Shown in pieces: positions 7,934 to 16,530 of a stretch of 64,000 bases of DNA. The notes below the pieces were generated by a model. That model made no database searches. It was not told where the DNA came from and saw only the letters and a list, made by a program, of their open reading frames with translations. Numbering within the stretch: position 1 is the stretch's first letter; the number at the start of each line of letters is the position of its first letter. The translations under genes and the position numbers were made by a program. Location of the stretch: positions 128,001 through 192,000 of the forward strand of contig CAVZJB010000017.1 in assembly GCA_963775425.1 (NCBI GenBank), given 5' to 3'. Source of the stretch: an uncultured delta proteobacterium. Lineage in GTDB: Bacteria; Myxococcota; UBA727; VGSZ01.

Positions 7934-9717
7934 ACGCGCCGACGAAGCCGGCGGCGGACGAGCCGCCGCGCCACGATTCGAGCGAGGGCCGGTACGTCGG
8001 CTGGCGCGCGGTGCGCGCGGGGATGCGGGCCCGCCGCGTGCTGATGCGCCGCCGCCTGGCCGCGGAGCTCGCGCAGGGCACCGGGCGCGCGGTCGGCCTC
8101 TTCGCCATCGGCCTCGGCATCGCGGGCTGCATCCTCCTCGCGGGCTACGCCGGCGGCTTCTGGGTGGTGTTCAAGGGCGCCCCGGAGCTCGTCGAGACGT
8201 TCACGAGCGCCGCGCTCCTGTTCCTGTCGGGCGCCCTCATCCTGTCGTCGCTGGGCCACGCCGCTCAGTGCTTTTTTTCGTCGAAGGAGCTGTGGTTCTG
8301 GGACTCCACGCCGGTGCCGCCGTGGGCCCGCTTCGTCGATCGCGCCACGGAGACCGCCGCCGCCGCCGCGCCCACCACCGTCGCCCTCGGCATGTTCGGC
8401 CTCCTCGGCCTGATGCTCGGCGCGTCGCTCGGCGCGGCCGCCATGGTGCGCGCGATCGTCGCCATCCTCGTCGTCGCGAGCGTGCCGGTGTCCATCGGCA
8501 TCTTCCTCGCGCACGCCGGCGGCGCCGTGCTCCCCGCGGGCAAGCTCCGGCGCATCTCGTTCGTCCTGCTCGGCGTGTCCGTCACGGCGGTGCTCGTGTG
8601 GTTCCGCCGCGCCGGCGTCGACAAGCTCGTCACCCCCGAGGGCGCCGCCGACCTGCTCGCCGCCGCCCGCGGCACCAAGGAGGTGGGCCCGCACCTGCTC
8701 CCGTCGAGCCTTGGCGCGCAGTTCGTCATCTCCGGCGACGCGGCCGCGTTCGCCGGCATGTGCGCGTGGGCCGCGGGCGTCCTCGCGCTCGCGTTCCTCT
8801 CGCACCGCTTCTTGTCGCGGCGCGCGCGCGAGCTCGCCGTCGACGAGTCGCCGGTGGGCATCCTGCGCGGCTCCGCCGCCGACCGCGCCCTCGCGTTCGT
8901 GGTGCGCCCCGTGCGCGACGAGCTCAAGGCGGTGGTGGAGAAGGACCTCCTCGCGTTCTTGCGCGACCCTGCGCAGTGGGGCCAGGTGATCCTGCTCCTC
9001 GGCGTCGGCGTGCTCTACCTCGTCACCGCCAGCGGGATGCGCACGCAGCTCGCGCAGATGCCGCTCGCGTCCACGGTGCTCCTGCCGGGGATGCACACCG
9101 GGCTCGTCGCGTTCATCGCCGCCGGCCTCGCGGTGCGCTTCGCCTTTCCGCAGGTGGGACTCGAGGGACCGGCCGTGTGGATCGTCGACGGCTCGCCGCT
9201 TCACCCGCGCGCGCTGTTGACCGCCAAGGTCATCGCCAGCCTGCCGGTGGTGGTGGTGTACCCGACGATCGTTTGCGTCGTCGGCGGCGGCGTCCTCGGC
9301 CTGCACCCGGCGCTGTGGTTCGCGAGCACGGCCATCTGCGCCTGCGTCGCCCTCGGCGTCGCCGCGTTCGGCGTCGGGCGGGGCGCGGTGAACCCGCTGT
9401 TCGACGCCACCAGCCTCTCCGAGCTCGCCATCGGCCCCGGCGCGCTGTCGACGATGCTCCTGAGCGTCATGTTCGCCTTCTTCGGCTCCCTCGGCGCGTT
9501 CTTCGCCGGTGACGCCGTGGCCGCCGGCCACCGGCTGTCGACGCCGGCGACGGTCGCGGCGGTGCTCGTGTCGTGCGCGGTGCCGTCGCTCATCGCGCTG
9601 TTCGCGGGGCGGCGTGCGCTGGACAAGGGCGCCGCCGCGTTGGTGCGACGCCGCGAGGACGAAGCCGTCCGTCAGTTCCTCACGGACGCGCCGCGCACCG
9701 TCGTCGTGGACGCCTGA
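7930..9717 (+). CDS. Putative ABC transporter permease subunit (ABC-2-like)
   Basis: Many TM segments; KDLLAFLRDPAQW and RFAFPQVGLEG motifs; GTGA overlap with the upstream gene. Confidence 0.75.
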   Translation: MNAPTKPAADEPPRHDSSEGRYVGWRAVRAGMRARRVLMRRRLAAELAQGTGRAVGLFAIGLGIAGCILLAGYAGGFWVVFKGAPELVETFTSAALLFLSGALILSSLGHAAQCFFSSKELWFWDSTPVPPWARFVDRATETAAAAAPTTVALGMFGLLGLMLGASLGAAAMVRAIVAILVVASVPVSIGIFLAHAGGAVLPAGKLRRISFVLLGVSVTAVLVWFRRAGVDKLVTPEGAADLLAAARGTKEVGPHLLPSSLGAQFVISGDAAAFAGMCAWAAGVLALAFLSHRFLSRRARELAVDESPVGILRGSAADRALAFVVRPVRDELKAVVEKDLLAFLRDPAQWGQVILLLGVGVLYLVTASGMRTQLAQMPLASTVLLPGMHTGLVAFIAAGLAVRFAFPQVGLEGPAVWIVDGSPLHPRALLTAKVIASLPVVVVYPTIVCVVGGGVLGLHPALWFASTAICACVALGVAAFGVGRGAVNPLFDATSLSELAIGPGALSTMLLSVMFAFFGSLGAFFAGDAVAAGHRLSTPATVAAVLVSCAVPSLIALFAGRRALDKGAAALVRRREDEAVRQFLTDAPRTVVVDA

Positions 9718-9732
9718 CGACGACAGCCGCCG

Positions 9733-10284
9733 TCAGCCGAACGACGAGAAGAGCGGGTGGTTGCGGTACGTCTCTTCTTCCTCTTCCGTGCCGGTGACCC
9801 GCTCGATGCGGATGGGCTTGAGGGCGCCGCGTGCGCTCGGGATGGGCGCGCGCTGGACGTTCGGGATGGTGGGGTCCTCGGCGGCGTCGAGGAAGATGGA
9901 GGCGGCGCGGCCGAGGTACGGCAGGGCGATGGCCTCGAAGGCCTCGTAGTCGTCGAGGCCCTCGGTGGCGTCGGCGGAGTTCTCGACGATGAAGCGCCGG
10001 ATGACCGGGAGGAAGCCCAGGGCCGCGGTGGCGAAGTCCTCGACGCGAAAGCCCATCGACGCCCGGAGCTGGGCGATGTGGCTGGCGGCGTCGAGGAGAG
10101 CGCGTTCATCACCGCGCGCGAGGAGCGGCTCGACCCCCAGGAGCAGGGCCAGGAAGCTGCGCTCCTGCGCCGTGTTGTCTACCTGCTCGTACCGCGGCAC
10201 CAGGGCGCGGGTCTGTCTCACCAGCGCCCGGGCAATCCGCACGCGGTGGCTTCGCAACAGCTTGACGACGCGCTCCATGCTCAT
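9733..10284 (-). CDS. Hypothetical protein, possible RsbRD-N/globin-like helical domain
   Basis: Helical ORF; IAQLRASMGFRVEDF resembles the RsbRD_N pattern. Confidence 0.55.
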   Translation of the reverse strand: MSMERVVKLLRSHRVRIARALVRQTRALVPRYEQVDNTAQERSFLALLLGVEPLLARGDERALLDAASHIAQLRASMGFRVEDFATAALGFLPVIRRFIVENSADATEGLDDYEAFEAIALPYLGRAASIFLDAAEDPTIPNVQRAPIPSARGALKPIRIERVTGTEEEEETYRNHPLFSSFG

Positions 10285-10393
10285 TCGGGCTCCGTTTGTG
10301 CGGACTCTGGCGGTGGACAGTATAGTGGCGACTCCAGGGGACCACGAGCCCCCGAGTCGCGCGGTGTTCGGAGCGTCGCTCCACGCGCGGCGG

Positions 10394-10409
10394 CGGCGCG
10401 TAGCGCGCA
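10394..10409 (+). promoter_or_regulatory. Possible sigma54 promoter
   Basis: CGGCGCG-TAGC-GCGCA keeps the -24 GG and -12 GC spacing, but is a weak match in GC-rich DNA. Confidence 0.35.
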
Positions 10410-10494
10410 TCGGCGGCGCAGCGTGTCCGTGCCCGAACGGGCAGCAGGAGCGAGGGCTCGCTCCGGTACTCGCCGAGAAGGGAGGTGGTCCAAC

Positions 10495-10539
10495 GTGCAT
10501 TGTTCAAGACCTACGGCTCGTGAGGTGGCGACGACCTGA
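10495..10539 (+). CDS. Candidate 14-aa small peptide MHCSRPTAREVATT
   Basis: GTG start after a near-perfect extended SD (AAGGGAGGTGGTC). Confidence 0.35.
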   Translation: MHCSRPTAREVATT

Positions 10540-10577
10540 TCGCTCCCCGGTCACGGGGAGCTGATCACAGCCCCCGC

Positions 10578-10625
10578 CACCGCCGCGGCTCTGTTCTTCT
10601 TCGAAGAACAGGGCCGCGGTTTTTT
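10578..10625 (+). terminator. Intrinsic terminator
   Basis: CCGCGGCTCTGTTCTT...AAGAACAGGGCCGCGG hairpin followed by a T run. Confidence 0.85.
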
Positions 10626-10667
10626 GTCCGGGGGCCGCGCGCGTTCGGCGCGTCCGCCGCCTGAGCC

Positions 10668-10698
10668 GCGTCAGTGCGTCAGTGCGTCAGTGCGTCAG
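10668..10698. repeat. Octamer tandem repeat (GCGTCAGT x~4)
   Basis: Directly visible; overlaps the stop codon of the sspB-like gene. Confidence 0.85.
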
Positions 10699-11420
10699 CC
10701 TTTGACGAGGCGAAGCCCGGGTCCGCGCGGCGGCTTGTCGTCGTCACCACCGCCGGCGGCGTCGCCCTCTGCGGCGTCGGCCTCGTGCTCCTCGGAAGGG
10801 GCGTCCTCCAACGAGGCACTCCGAAGCTCTTTTTCGTGCTGCTCGCGCGTGGCGCGCAGCAGGCGCTCCACCTGCAGGTCGAGCACGCGCTCGAGGTGCT
10901 CCACCGAGGCCTCGGGCAATTGCTCGAGGATTTCGGTGGGGAGCGAGCCCGCCCAGGTCAGGCGCTCGTTGTCGACGTGCGAGAACAGCGCGTAGACCGA
11001 GGACCAAGGCACGTCGCAGAAGAACGGGTGGCGGTTGAACGACAGCGACGCGCGCACGCCGCGCTCGTCGTAGCCGAAGTCGGCGAGGCCGAAGCGCTCG
11101 GAGAAGTCGAGGTTGAGCTGCGGCTCGTCGACGTATTGCGGGGGGACGCTCACCCCTGCCCTGCGGGCGTCGAGGGTGACCATCACCTTGCCGCGATCGA
11201 TGAACCGGCCGAACACGGCGTACTTCTGCGGCGCGGTGGGGTCGCTCGGCGACGTGCGCTGGGCGCGCTTGAAGTCGACGCGGACGACGTTGGCGACCTC
11301 ACGCTCGTCCTTGTCCTCTTCGTGCTCGTCGTCGTGTGCCTCTTCCGGCGGGTGGGCGCCGTCATCGCCCGTCGGGGTTGCGCCCTCGGACGCGCCGGCG
11401 TCTTCCGTGTCGTCGGTCAT
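10695..11420 (-). CDS. SspB-like ClpXP adaptor (stringent starvation protein B family)
   Basis: VMVTLDARRAGVSVP, LNLDFS, GVRASLSFN...VPWSSVYAL; acidic linker; C-terminal LRLVKG ClpX-binding-like tail. Confidence 0.75.
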   Translation of the reverse strand: MTDDTEDAGASEGATPTGDDGAHPPEEAHDDEHEEDKDEREVANVVRVDFKRAQRTSPSDPTAPQKYAVFGRFIDRGKVMVTLDARRAGVSVPPQYVDEPQLNLDFSERFGLADFGYDERGVRASLSFNRHPFFCDVPWSSVYALFSHVDNERLTWAGSLPTEILEQLPEASVEHLERVLDLQVERLLRATREQHEKELRSASLEDAPSEEHEADAAEGDAAGGGDDDKPPRGPGLRLVKG

Positions 11421-12127
11421 CGTTTGGAGCGTAGCATCCCAAACAAGCCAGCGGCGACGACGAGCACGGAGAAGATCCCGATCGCAACGCCCCACACGAG
11501 ATAGAAGCCCCCGAGCGACTGGGCGACCGCGACGACGTCGGACGCGAGGTCGCCTTCGGCGGTGTGGGCCACGCGCGTGAACAAATAGTCGCCGCGGGAA
11601 AACACCGACATTCCGAGGTCGACGCCGGCGAACGCGGCGACCACCTGCGTGTGCGCGCCCGACAATCGCGCGCCGAGCACGAGGAAGACGACGCCCCAGG
11701 CGGCGACGACGACGCGGCCGAACATGTTGCCGAGCACGAGCGCGGCCGCGGCGACGCAGAGCGCACCGAGCAGGAGGAGCGCGACGCGCGAGAGCTTCCG
11801 TCTGCGCGCGGCGATGAAGAAGAACGCGGCGGCGAAGGCGGGGCCGACGAGGCCGCCGGCGGCGACGAGCCCGTTGGCGACGTCGCCGAGCGCACCGGTG
11901 TGGTGGGTGACGCCGGAGCCGTCGGCGTGGACGGTGACCGTGAACCAACCGCCGCCGAGCACGGTGGCGGTGACGCCGTGCCCGAGCTCGTGGGCGAAGG
12001 TCTGCAGCCACGTAAACGGCCGGAGGAGCATGCGCGCGAGCGGCACGTGCGGGAGCACCAGGAACACCGCGGCGGCGACGAGCAGCGCGCGGCGGGCGTT
12101 CTTGGCGACGTCATTTTCCTCGGCCAT
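11417..12127 (-). CDS. M50 (M50B-like) membrane metallopeptidase
   Basis: HELGH motif, AAGGLVGP, SD motif near the C-terminus, multiple TM segments. Confidence 0.85.
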   Translation of the reverse strand: MAEENDVAKNARRALLVAAAVFLVLPHVPLARMLLRPFTWLQTFAHELGHGVTATVLGGGWFTVTVHADGSGVTHHTGALGDVANGLVAAGGLVGPAFAAAFFFIAARRRKLSRVALLLLGALCVAAAALVLGNMFGRVVVAAWGVVFLVLGARLSGAHTQVVAAFAGVDLGMSVFSRGDYLFTRVAHTAEGDLASDVVAVAQSLGGFYLVWGVAIGIFSVLVVAAGLFGMLRSKR

Positions 12128-12259
12128 CGGCTGAACGTATCGCGGCGAGGGTCCCGGCGCTGTGACCCTTGAGCAGGCGCGGAAGGCCAGGTGTGGGCGT
12201 GCCCCCTGCGAAGAGCGTTGTCGCGCGGCGCCGGGCGAGTACACTGCGAGGGTCGCCAT

Positions 12260-12624
12260 GGGGGCGACCAGGACTTCGACGAGGGGAGGAAGCGCTCTGC
12301 AGCACGCCGCGGGTTCCCAATCCACCGCGTTGAAACGGACAGGGAAAACACAAAAGCCAACGACAACGTTGAGCTCGCTCTCGCGGCCTAAAAAACCGCT
12401 AGCGACGCTGGCCTGAAGACCGCCTCTTCGAAAGGGTCCCAGCGTGTTCAGTGAGGCTGGCGCCGACGAGCCCTTTGCCGTCGTCGGCGTGAGAAACAGG
12501 TGAAGGACTCGGCGTGGGAGGGTGTCCGTGGTCGCCCTCGTCGAGCACAAATCACGGACTAAGCGTGTAGCGGCAGATCGCGGATGCCTTTCGGACGCGG
12601 GTTCGATTCCCGCCGCCTCCACCA
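12260..12624 (+). ncRNA. ssrA: tmRNA
   Basis: 5' GGGGGCG pairs with 3' CGCCTCC-ACCA; T-loop GGTTCGATTCCC; tag frame 12356-12391 ANDNVELALAA*. Confidence 0.97.
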
Positions 12625-12847
12625 CTCGGCGTCGCCGACACGACGCGTGAAGAAGCCCGCCTGACGGCGGGCTTCTTCACGCGTCGTGTCGGACGACCGC
12701 CTCGGGTCGGCCGCAGCACCCGGCGCCCTTTGGCGGCGTTCGTTTGCTCGCCGCGTGAGTGCGGCGCCTGGGTGCCATCGCGCTCTCGCGCGATGAGGTC
12801 TGCGCTGCGCGCAGACGGCGGCCGGGTGCGTTCTCTGTGGGGGCTGC
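12611..12847 (+). repeat. Left direct repeat (attL-like, ssrA 3' end plus flank)
   Basis: 12611-12644 is identical to 19371-19404; 12707-12847 is similar to 19405-19544. Confidence 0.9.
12635..12692. terminator. Perfect 27-bp-arm hairpin downstream of ssrA
   Basis: CCGACACGACGCGTGAAGAAGCCCGCC-TGAC-exact reverse complement. Confidence 0.8.
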
Positions 12848-13038
12848 GCCCCCACACCCCGCTTCAGGCCGGAACCCCGACAAGCATCCACCCCTTCGAG
12901 CCAAGACATCTTCTCGACCGTCTTCCGTCCGCTTGGGATTCCCAATCCAATGCACTTCGGGCTGCCGCCTACCGGCAGCGCACGTCCGGGTGTATCCAGG
13001 GACCCTCGTGGGGATTCTCGCCGGTTGGGGTCTCGGGA

Positions 13039-13137
13039 ATGGCGAATGAACAGGCCGGGAACTTTGCGTTCCTGAGAGGGGAGGACGACCTCCTCCACCG
13101 GCTTGCCATGGACGCCGAGCGCGCGTTCGCGCACGAC
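13039..13137 (+). pseudogene. N-terminal remnant of a type I restriction subunit R (EcoKI-HsdR/DUF4145-like)
   Basis: MANEQAGNFAFLRGEDDLLHRLAMDAERAFAHD matches the NFAFL...LA..AE..F..D start of this family, then breaks off. Confidence 0.55.
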
Positions 13138-13283
13138 TCCGCGTTGCGCTCACGCCACTCGGCTTGCTGCTTCGCCCGCACCTCGCGTCGGCACTCCGCC
13201 GAGCAGATGTGGTGGCGCTTGCCTACGCGAGCATCGACGCGGAACCAGTGGCCGCAGTGCGAACACGGACGCTTCTTCGCCAT
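13135..13283 (-). pseudogene. Truncated zinc-binding ORF of an IS-associated accessory gene type
   Basis: MAKKRPCSHCGHWFRVDARVGKRHHICSAECRRE...WRERN, which runs into the hsdR remnant. Confidence 0.5.
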
Positions 13284-13397
13284 CCGCCAATCGTGCCGCC
13301 GGGCGCGCACAGCGCGCCGCCCGCGGAGGTGGACTGCTTCTCGCGAGCAGACCCGGACTGATTCTCGCGAGCATCAAAGGTCCGCAAGGAGAAGACC

Positions 13398-14162
13398 GTG
13401 GCGGCGTGGGAGTTCGACGTCGAGCTGATTCCGAGGGCGTGGTGCCTGGCGCACTCGCCGGGAGAGCTCCGCGCTCCGGACGGGACCAGCGACACGCAGC
13501 GAGCCTGGTCGTCGGTGCCCACTCCCGCCGAGCCGCTCGGGCGCGAGCTGACGTCGCGTTTCGGCGATCCCGGGGCGCCGGTGGCGAGCGACACGAGTTG
13601 GCTCATCTGGAACGACGACGGAAAGAGCCGCTTCGACCTCTTCAGGGGCGCGGGGATGATCGAGTCCTTCTACGTTCGCGTCGACGCGCGGTCTTCCAAT
13701 CCGGCGTCGAGGAGTCGCGTCGTCGCACTCGCCCGTGCGCTCGAGTGCCTTCTCTGGCCGCGGGGCGGCCGCGTGTTCTTGGAGCCATCGGAGGGCGCTC
13801 TTGCTGCCGCGCTCGAATGTTCGCGGGCGCGCTCATGGGCTGTGCCCGCGCGCGTGCCGCCGAGCGACGAGCACCTCGTCGTCGTGTTTCGTGGCGTCGT
13901 CCTTGGCGTCTGCCGGTTCTCCGGGCGCGACCAGTCGATGGGTGTTGCCTATGGGGAGCTCGAGGTCACCGCCGCCTACGAGAGCCACCGCATCGATGCG
14001 CTCGCCGCCCCCACGGAGCTCGAGCTCTTCAATCGGCTCGGCGAGCGCATCGCGACCAACTCGATGTGGCTTCACGACGTGACCGACGAGCTCGGCGAGC
14101 CGTACGTCGAGGTGACTGCTCAAGGCGGCAGCTTCAGCTCGGACAGCGCGCGCCGCAGTTGA
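13398..14162 (+). CDS. Hypothetical protein
   Basis: 254-aa ORF with AAGGAG SD. Confidence 0.6.
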   Translation: MAAWEFDVELIPRAWCLAHSPGELRAPDGTSDTQRAWSSVPTPAEPLGRELTSRFGDPGAPVASDTSWLIWNDDGKSRFDLFRGAGMIESFYVRVDARSSNPASRSRVVALARALECLLWPRGGRVFLEPSEGALAAALECSRARSWAVPARVPPSDEHLVVVFRGVVLGVCRFSGRDQSMGVAYGELEVTAAYESHRIDALAAPTELELFNRLGERIATNSMWLHDVTDELGEPYVEVTAQGGSFSSDSARRS

Positions 14163-14249
14163 AGGTCCCTGAGTCTGGTGGTGTGCTCGAGGGGCTCGAG
14201 CACACCGCCGACGCTCCACTACGCGGACGCGGCGGAGCATGCTTCGCAT

Positions 14250-14595
14250 GCCCTGACCTCGCGACGAATCTCCCAGCCGATGCCGCCCGGATCGTCCTTC
14301 CAGTCCTCACGATCGCGCACCCCAGGTTCGCGCATCGCCTGTTTCCGGCGGGGATAGACCTTCTCTCGGCGCGGGCGTCCATCAGCGTAACCGGGCCGGC
14401 GTCGAGATGGAGCGCCTCGAGGACGCGCCTTCGCGACCGTCGACGTGGGTCGGTGAGCGCCCAACCCGCCCGGTGCATGAGCTCGTGCGCGCACGTCAAC
14501 CTGCACGTGCGCTCGATATGCGCGGCGTTCATGCGCGTCGTCGTGTGGAACAAGACCGGGTTGCGGGCAGCAAGGGAGGCCGCGTCGAACATCAT
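14250..14595 (-). pseudogene. Possible degraded DUF7002-like (ART-fold-type) gene
   Basis: MMFDAASLAARNPVLFHTTTRMNAAHIERTCRLTCAHELM...GPVTLMD resembles the LYHxT start of such proteins; similarity decays downstream. Confidence 0.3.
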
Positions 14596-14744
14596 CGAAT
14601 CCCCGCACAAGAGTAGCGAGGTCGGCACCTCGTTCACGTGGAACGCGTCCGCGTTCCGGATTCGCCCATGGAAAGTCACGTGGGGCGTTACCCTGCCGGC
14701 TCGAAACCGGAACGCCTGCGTGCCGGGCATCGCCGCTCGGTGCG

Positions 14745-14778
14745 CCTGGTTGCGTTTAGGACGTCCCTGGTTGCGTTT
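14745..14778 (+). promoter_or_regulatory. Direct-repeat operator candidate (CCTGGTTGCGTTT x2, 21-bp period)
   Basis: Two exact 13-mers about 40 bp upstream of the excisionase-type HTH gene. Confidence 0.55.
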
Positions 14779-14816
14779 GGGTCGGTTGGTCTCTATCGTG
14801 GTGCCAGGATGGCACC

Positions 14817-15323
14817 ATGACCACGACGACGCATCGCCTCGAGGATGAGATCCGCCGGATGACGCCGGTGGCCGCACCGCGTGAGCAGATCGCGCAGGTC
14901 GACGCCCTCTTCCACGCTCTCGAGGGCATGAGTCGTCCGGGGAAGCGGAAGTTTCCGCGCTGCCAGCTCGTCGGGCCGAACGGCAAGTCCATCGCGTTGC
15001 CCGAGTCGGTCTTCTACGTGCTCGAGCGCGTTGCCGAAGTGATGGCGCGCGGCGACTCGGTCACCGTCGTGCCGGTCGGCAAGGAGCTCACGACGCAGCA
15101 AGCGGCCGACCTGCTCAACGTCTCGCGCCAGTACCTTGTCCGCCTTCTCGAAGAAGAGCGCATCCCGTTCACGAAGACCGGGAAGCATCGCCGGCTCAAG
15201 ATCGACGACGTGCTCGCGTTCAAGGCGACCCGCGACAAGGATCGGCGAGCCGGCGTGCGCGAGCTCTCCCGGATGACCGAGGAGCTCGGCGGGTACGACC
15301 GCGAGCGGAAGAAGAAGCCGTAG
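14817..15323 (+). CDS. Excisionase-family (HTH_17) DNA-binding protein, putative antitoxin
   Basis: ELTTQQAADLLNVSRQYLVRLLEEERIPFTKTGKHRRL. Confidence 0.9.
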   Translation: MTTTTHRLEDEIRRMTPVAAPREQIAQVDALFHALEGMSRPGKRKFPRCQLVGPNGKSIALPESVFYVLERVAEVMARGDSVTVVPVGKELTTQQAADLLNVSRQYLVRLLEEERIPFTKTGKHRRLKIDDVLAFKATRDKDRRAGVRELSRMTEELGGYDRERKKKP

Positions 15324-15335
15324 TCTCGTCGGGTT

Positions 15336-15986
15336 ATGGCGTTCGTCGTCGTCCTCGATGCAAATGTTCTCTATCCGTTCACACTGCGCGACACCCTCCT
15401 GCGCGCGGCGGCCGCGAACCTCTATGAGCTGCAGTGGTCGGCGATGATCCTCGATGAGATGGAGCGCAACCTCGTCGACAATGGCGCGACCACGCTGGAA
15501 CAAGCGGCGCGGCTCCGCGCAACGATGGAGCGTGTCTTTCCCGACGCGATGGTGACCGGCTTCGAGCGGCTCATCGCTGCGATGAAGAACGACGAGAAGG
15601 ATCGCCACGTCGCGGCCGCGGCCGTGAAGTGCGGCGCTCAGCTGATCGTGACGTCGAACGTGAAGGACTTCGCCGATCTGCCGGACGGCATCGACGTTCA
15701 GTCTCCCGATGAGTTCCTGTGCAACCTCGTCGACCTCGATCCACGCTCGTTCCTCGAGCTGCTGCGGGAGCAGGCCGCGGACCTCAAGAAGCCACCTGTG
15801 ACCTTCGAACAGTTCCTCGAGACGTTCGAGAAGATGGTCCCCAACTTCGTCGCCGCAGTGCGCGCCATCGACCACGATTATGTAGGCGACGCGAACCCGC
15901 CCGACGACGCCGCCGCACACGCGCTGCGGGACGCGTGCGGCGCCGCCGTCGGCGGCATGTTCGGCATCAAGATCGCCCCCGACTGA
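15336..15986 (+). CDS. PIN-domain protein (putative toxin)
   Basis: VVLDANVLYP, ILDE, DEKDRHVAAAA, IVTSNVKDF. Confidence 0.9.
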   Translation: MAFVVVLDANVLYPFTLRDTLLRAAAANLYELQWSAMILDEMERNLVDNGATTLEQAARLRATMERVFPDAMVTGFERLIAAMKNDEKDRHVAAAAVKCGAQLIVTSNVKDFADLPDGIDVQSPDEFLCNLVDLDPRSFLELLREQAADLKKPPVTFEQFLETFEKMVPNFVAAVRAIDHDYVGDANPPDDAAAHALRDACGAAVGGMFGIKIAPD

Positions 15987-16348
15987 TCGAGACCGGCACG
16001 CCTGCCGGTCTCACCGACGCTGCGACGGCCGTGAGCGCGACGGACGTGGGCGCCGGCCGTCGGCGCTCGCCGGCCGCCCCGGCGGCGGGGCGTGACCGGT
16101 GCCCTCACGGGTTTCAGCAGCTCGGCGGCATCGACGCCCAGCGAGACCGCGAAGGCGGCGAGGGTGTCAAGCGGGACGCCATGACGCTCGCGCTCGATGC
16201 GCTGAAGGTATTGCAGCGAGACGCCAACGCGCTCGGCAGCTTTCTCCTGCGATAGGCCGAGCCTCGCCCGGATTGCACGGAGGTTTTCCGCCAATCGGTG
16301 CCGCACCTCGCTTCGCGCGCGCAGGAACACCGGGTCGTCGACGTCCAT
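15878..16348 (-). CDS. XRE/Cro-C1 helix-turn-helix regulator (C-protein-like)
   Basis: LAENLRAIRARLGLSQEKAAERVGVSLQYLQRIER; 3' end uncertain because it overlaps the PIN gene. Confidence 0.8.
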   Translation of the reverse strand: MDVDDPVFLRARSEVRHRLAENLRAIRARLGLSQEKAAERVGVSLQYLQRIERERHGVPLDTLAAFAVSLGVDAAELLKPVRAPVTPRRRGGRRAPTAGAHVRRAHGRRSVGETGRRAGLDQSGAILMPNMPPTAAPHASRSACAAASSGGFASPT

Positions 16349-16530
16349 TCTCGAGACGGACGGTCCCATCGCGACCTCTCCGGTATTAGAACCTGATAGG
16401 TTCGCGCCGGGGGCCAAGAACACATCGGTACTGCGTGGCAAGTGGAGACGCGCCAGCGCTTCCTCGTCTGGAAGGAGAGACAGTGGAAAGCAAGAACAGT
16501 GCGCCGAACGAGGAGCCACAAGCGAAGAAG

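Larger units (their letters stand above)
10421..10625 (+). ncRNA. Pxr-like sRNA / small-ORF transcript
   Basis: AAGGGAGGTGGTCCAACGTG...GAGGTGG motif; hairpins at 10447-10464 and 10538-10566; ends in a strong terminator. Confidence 0.55.
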
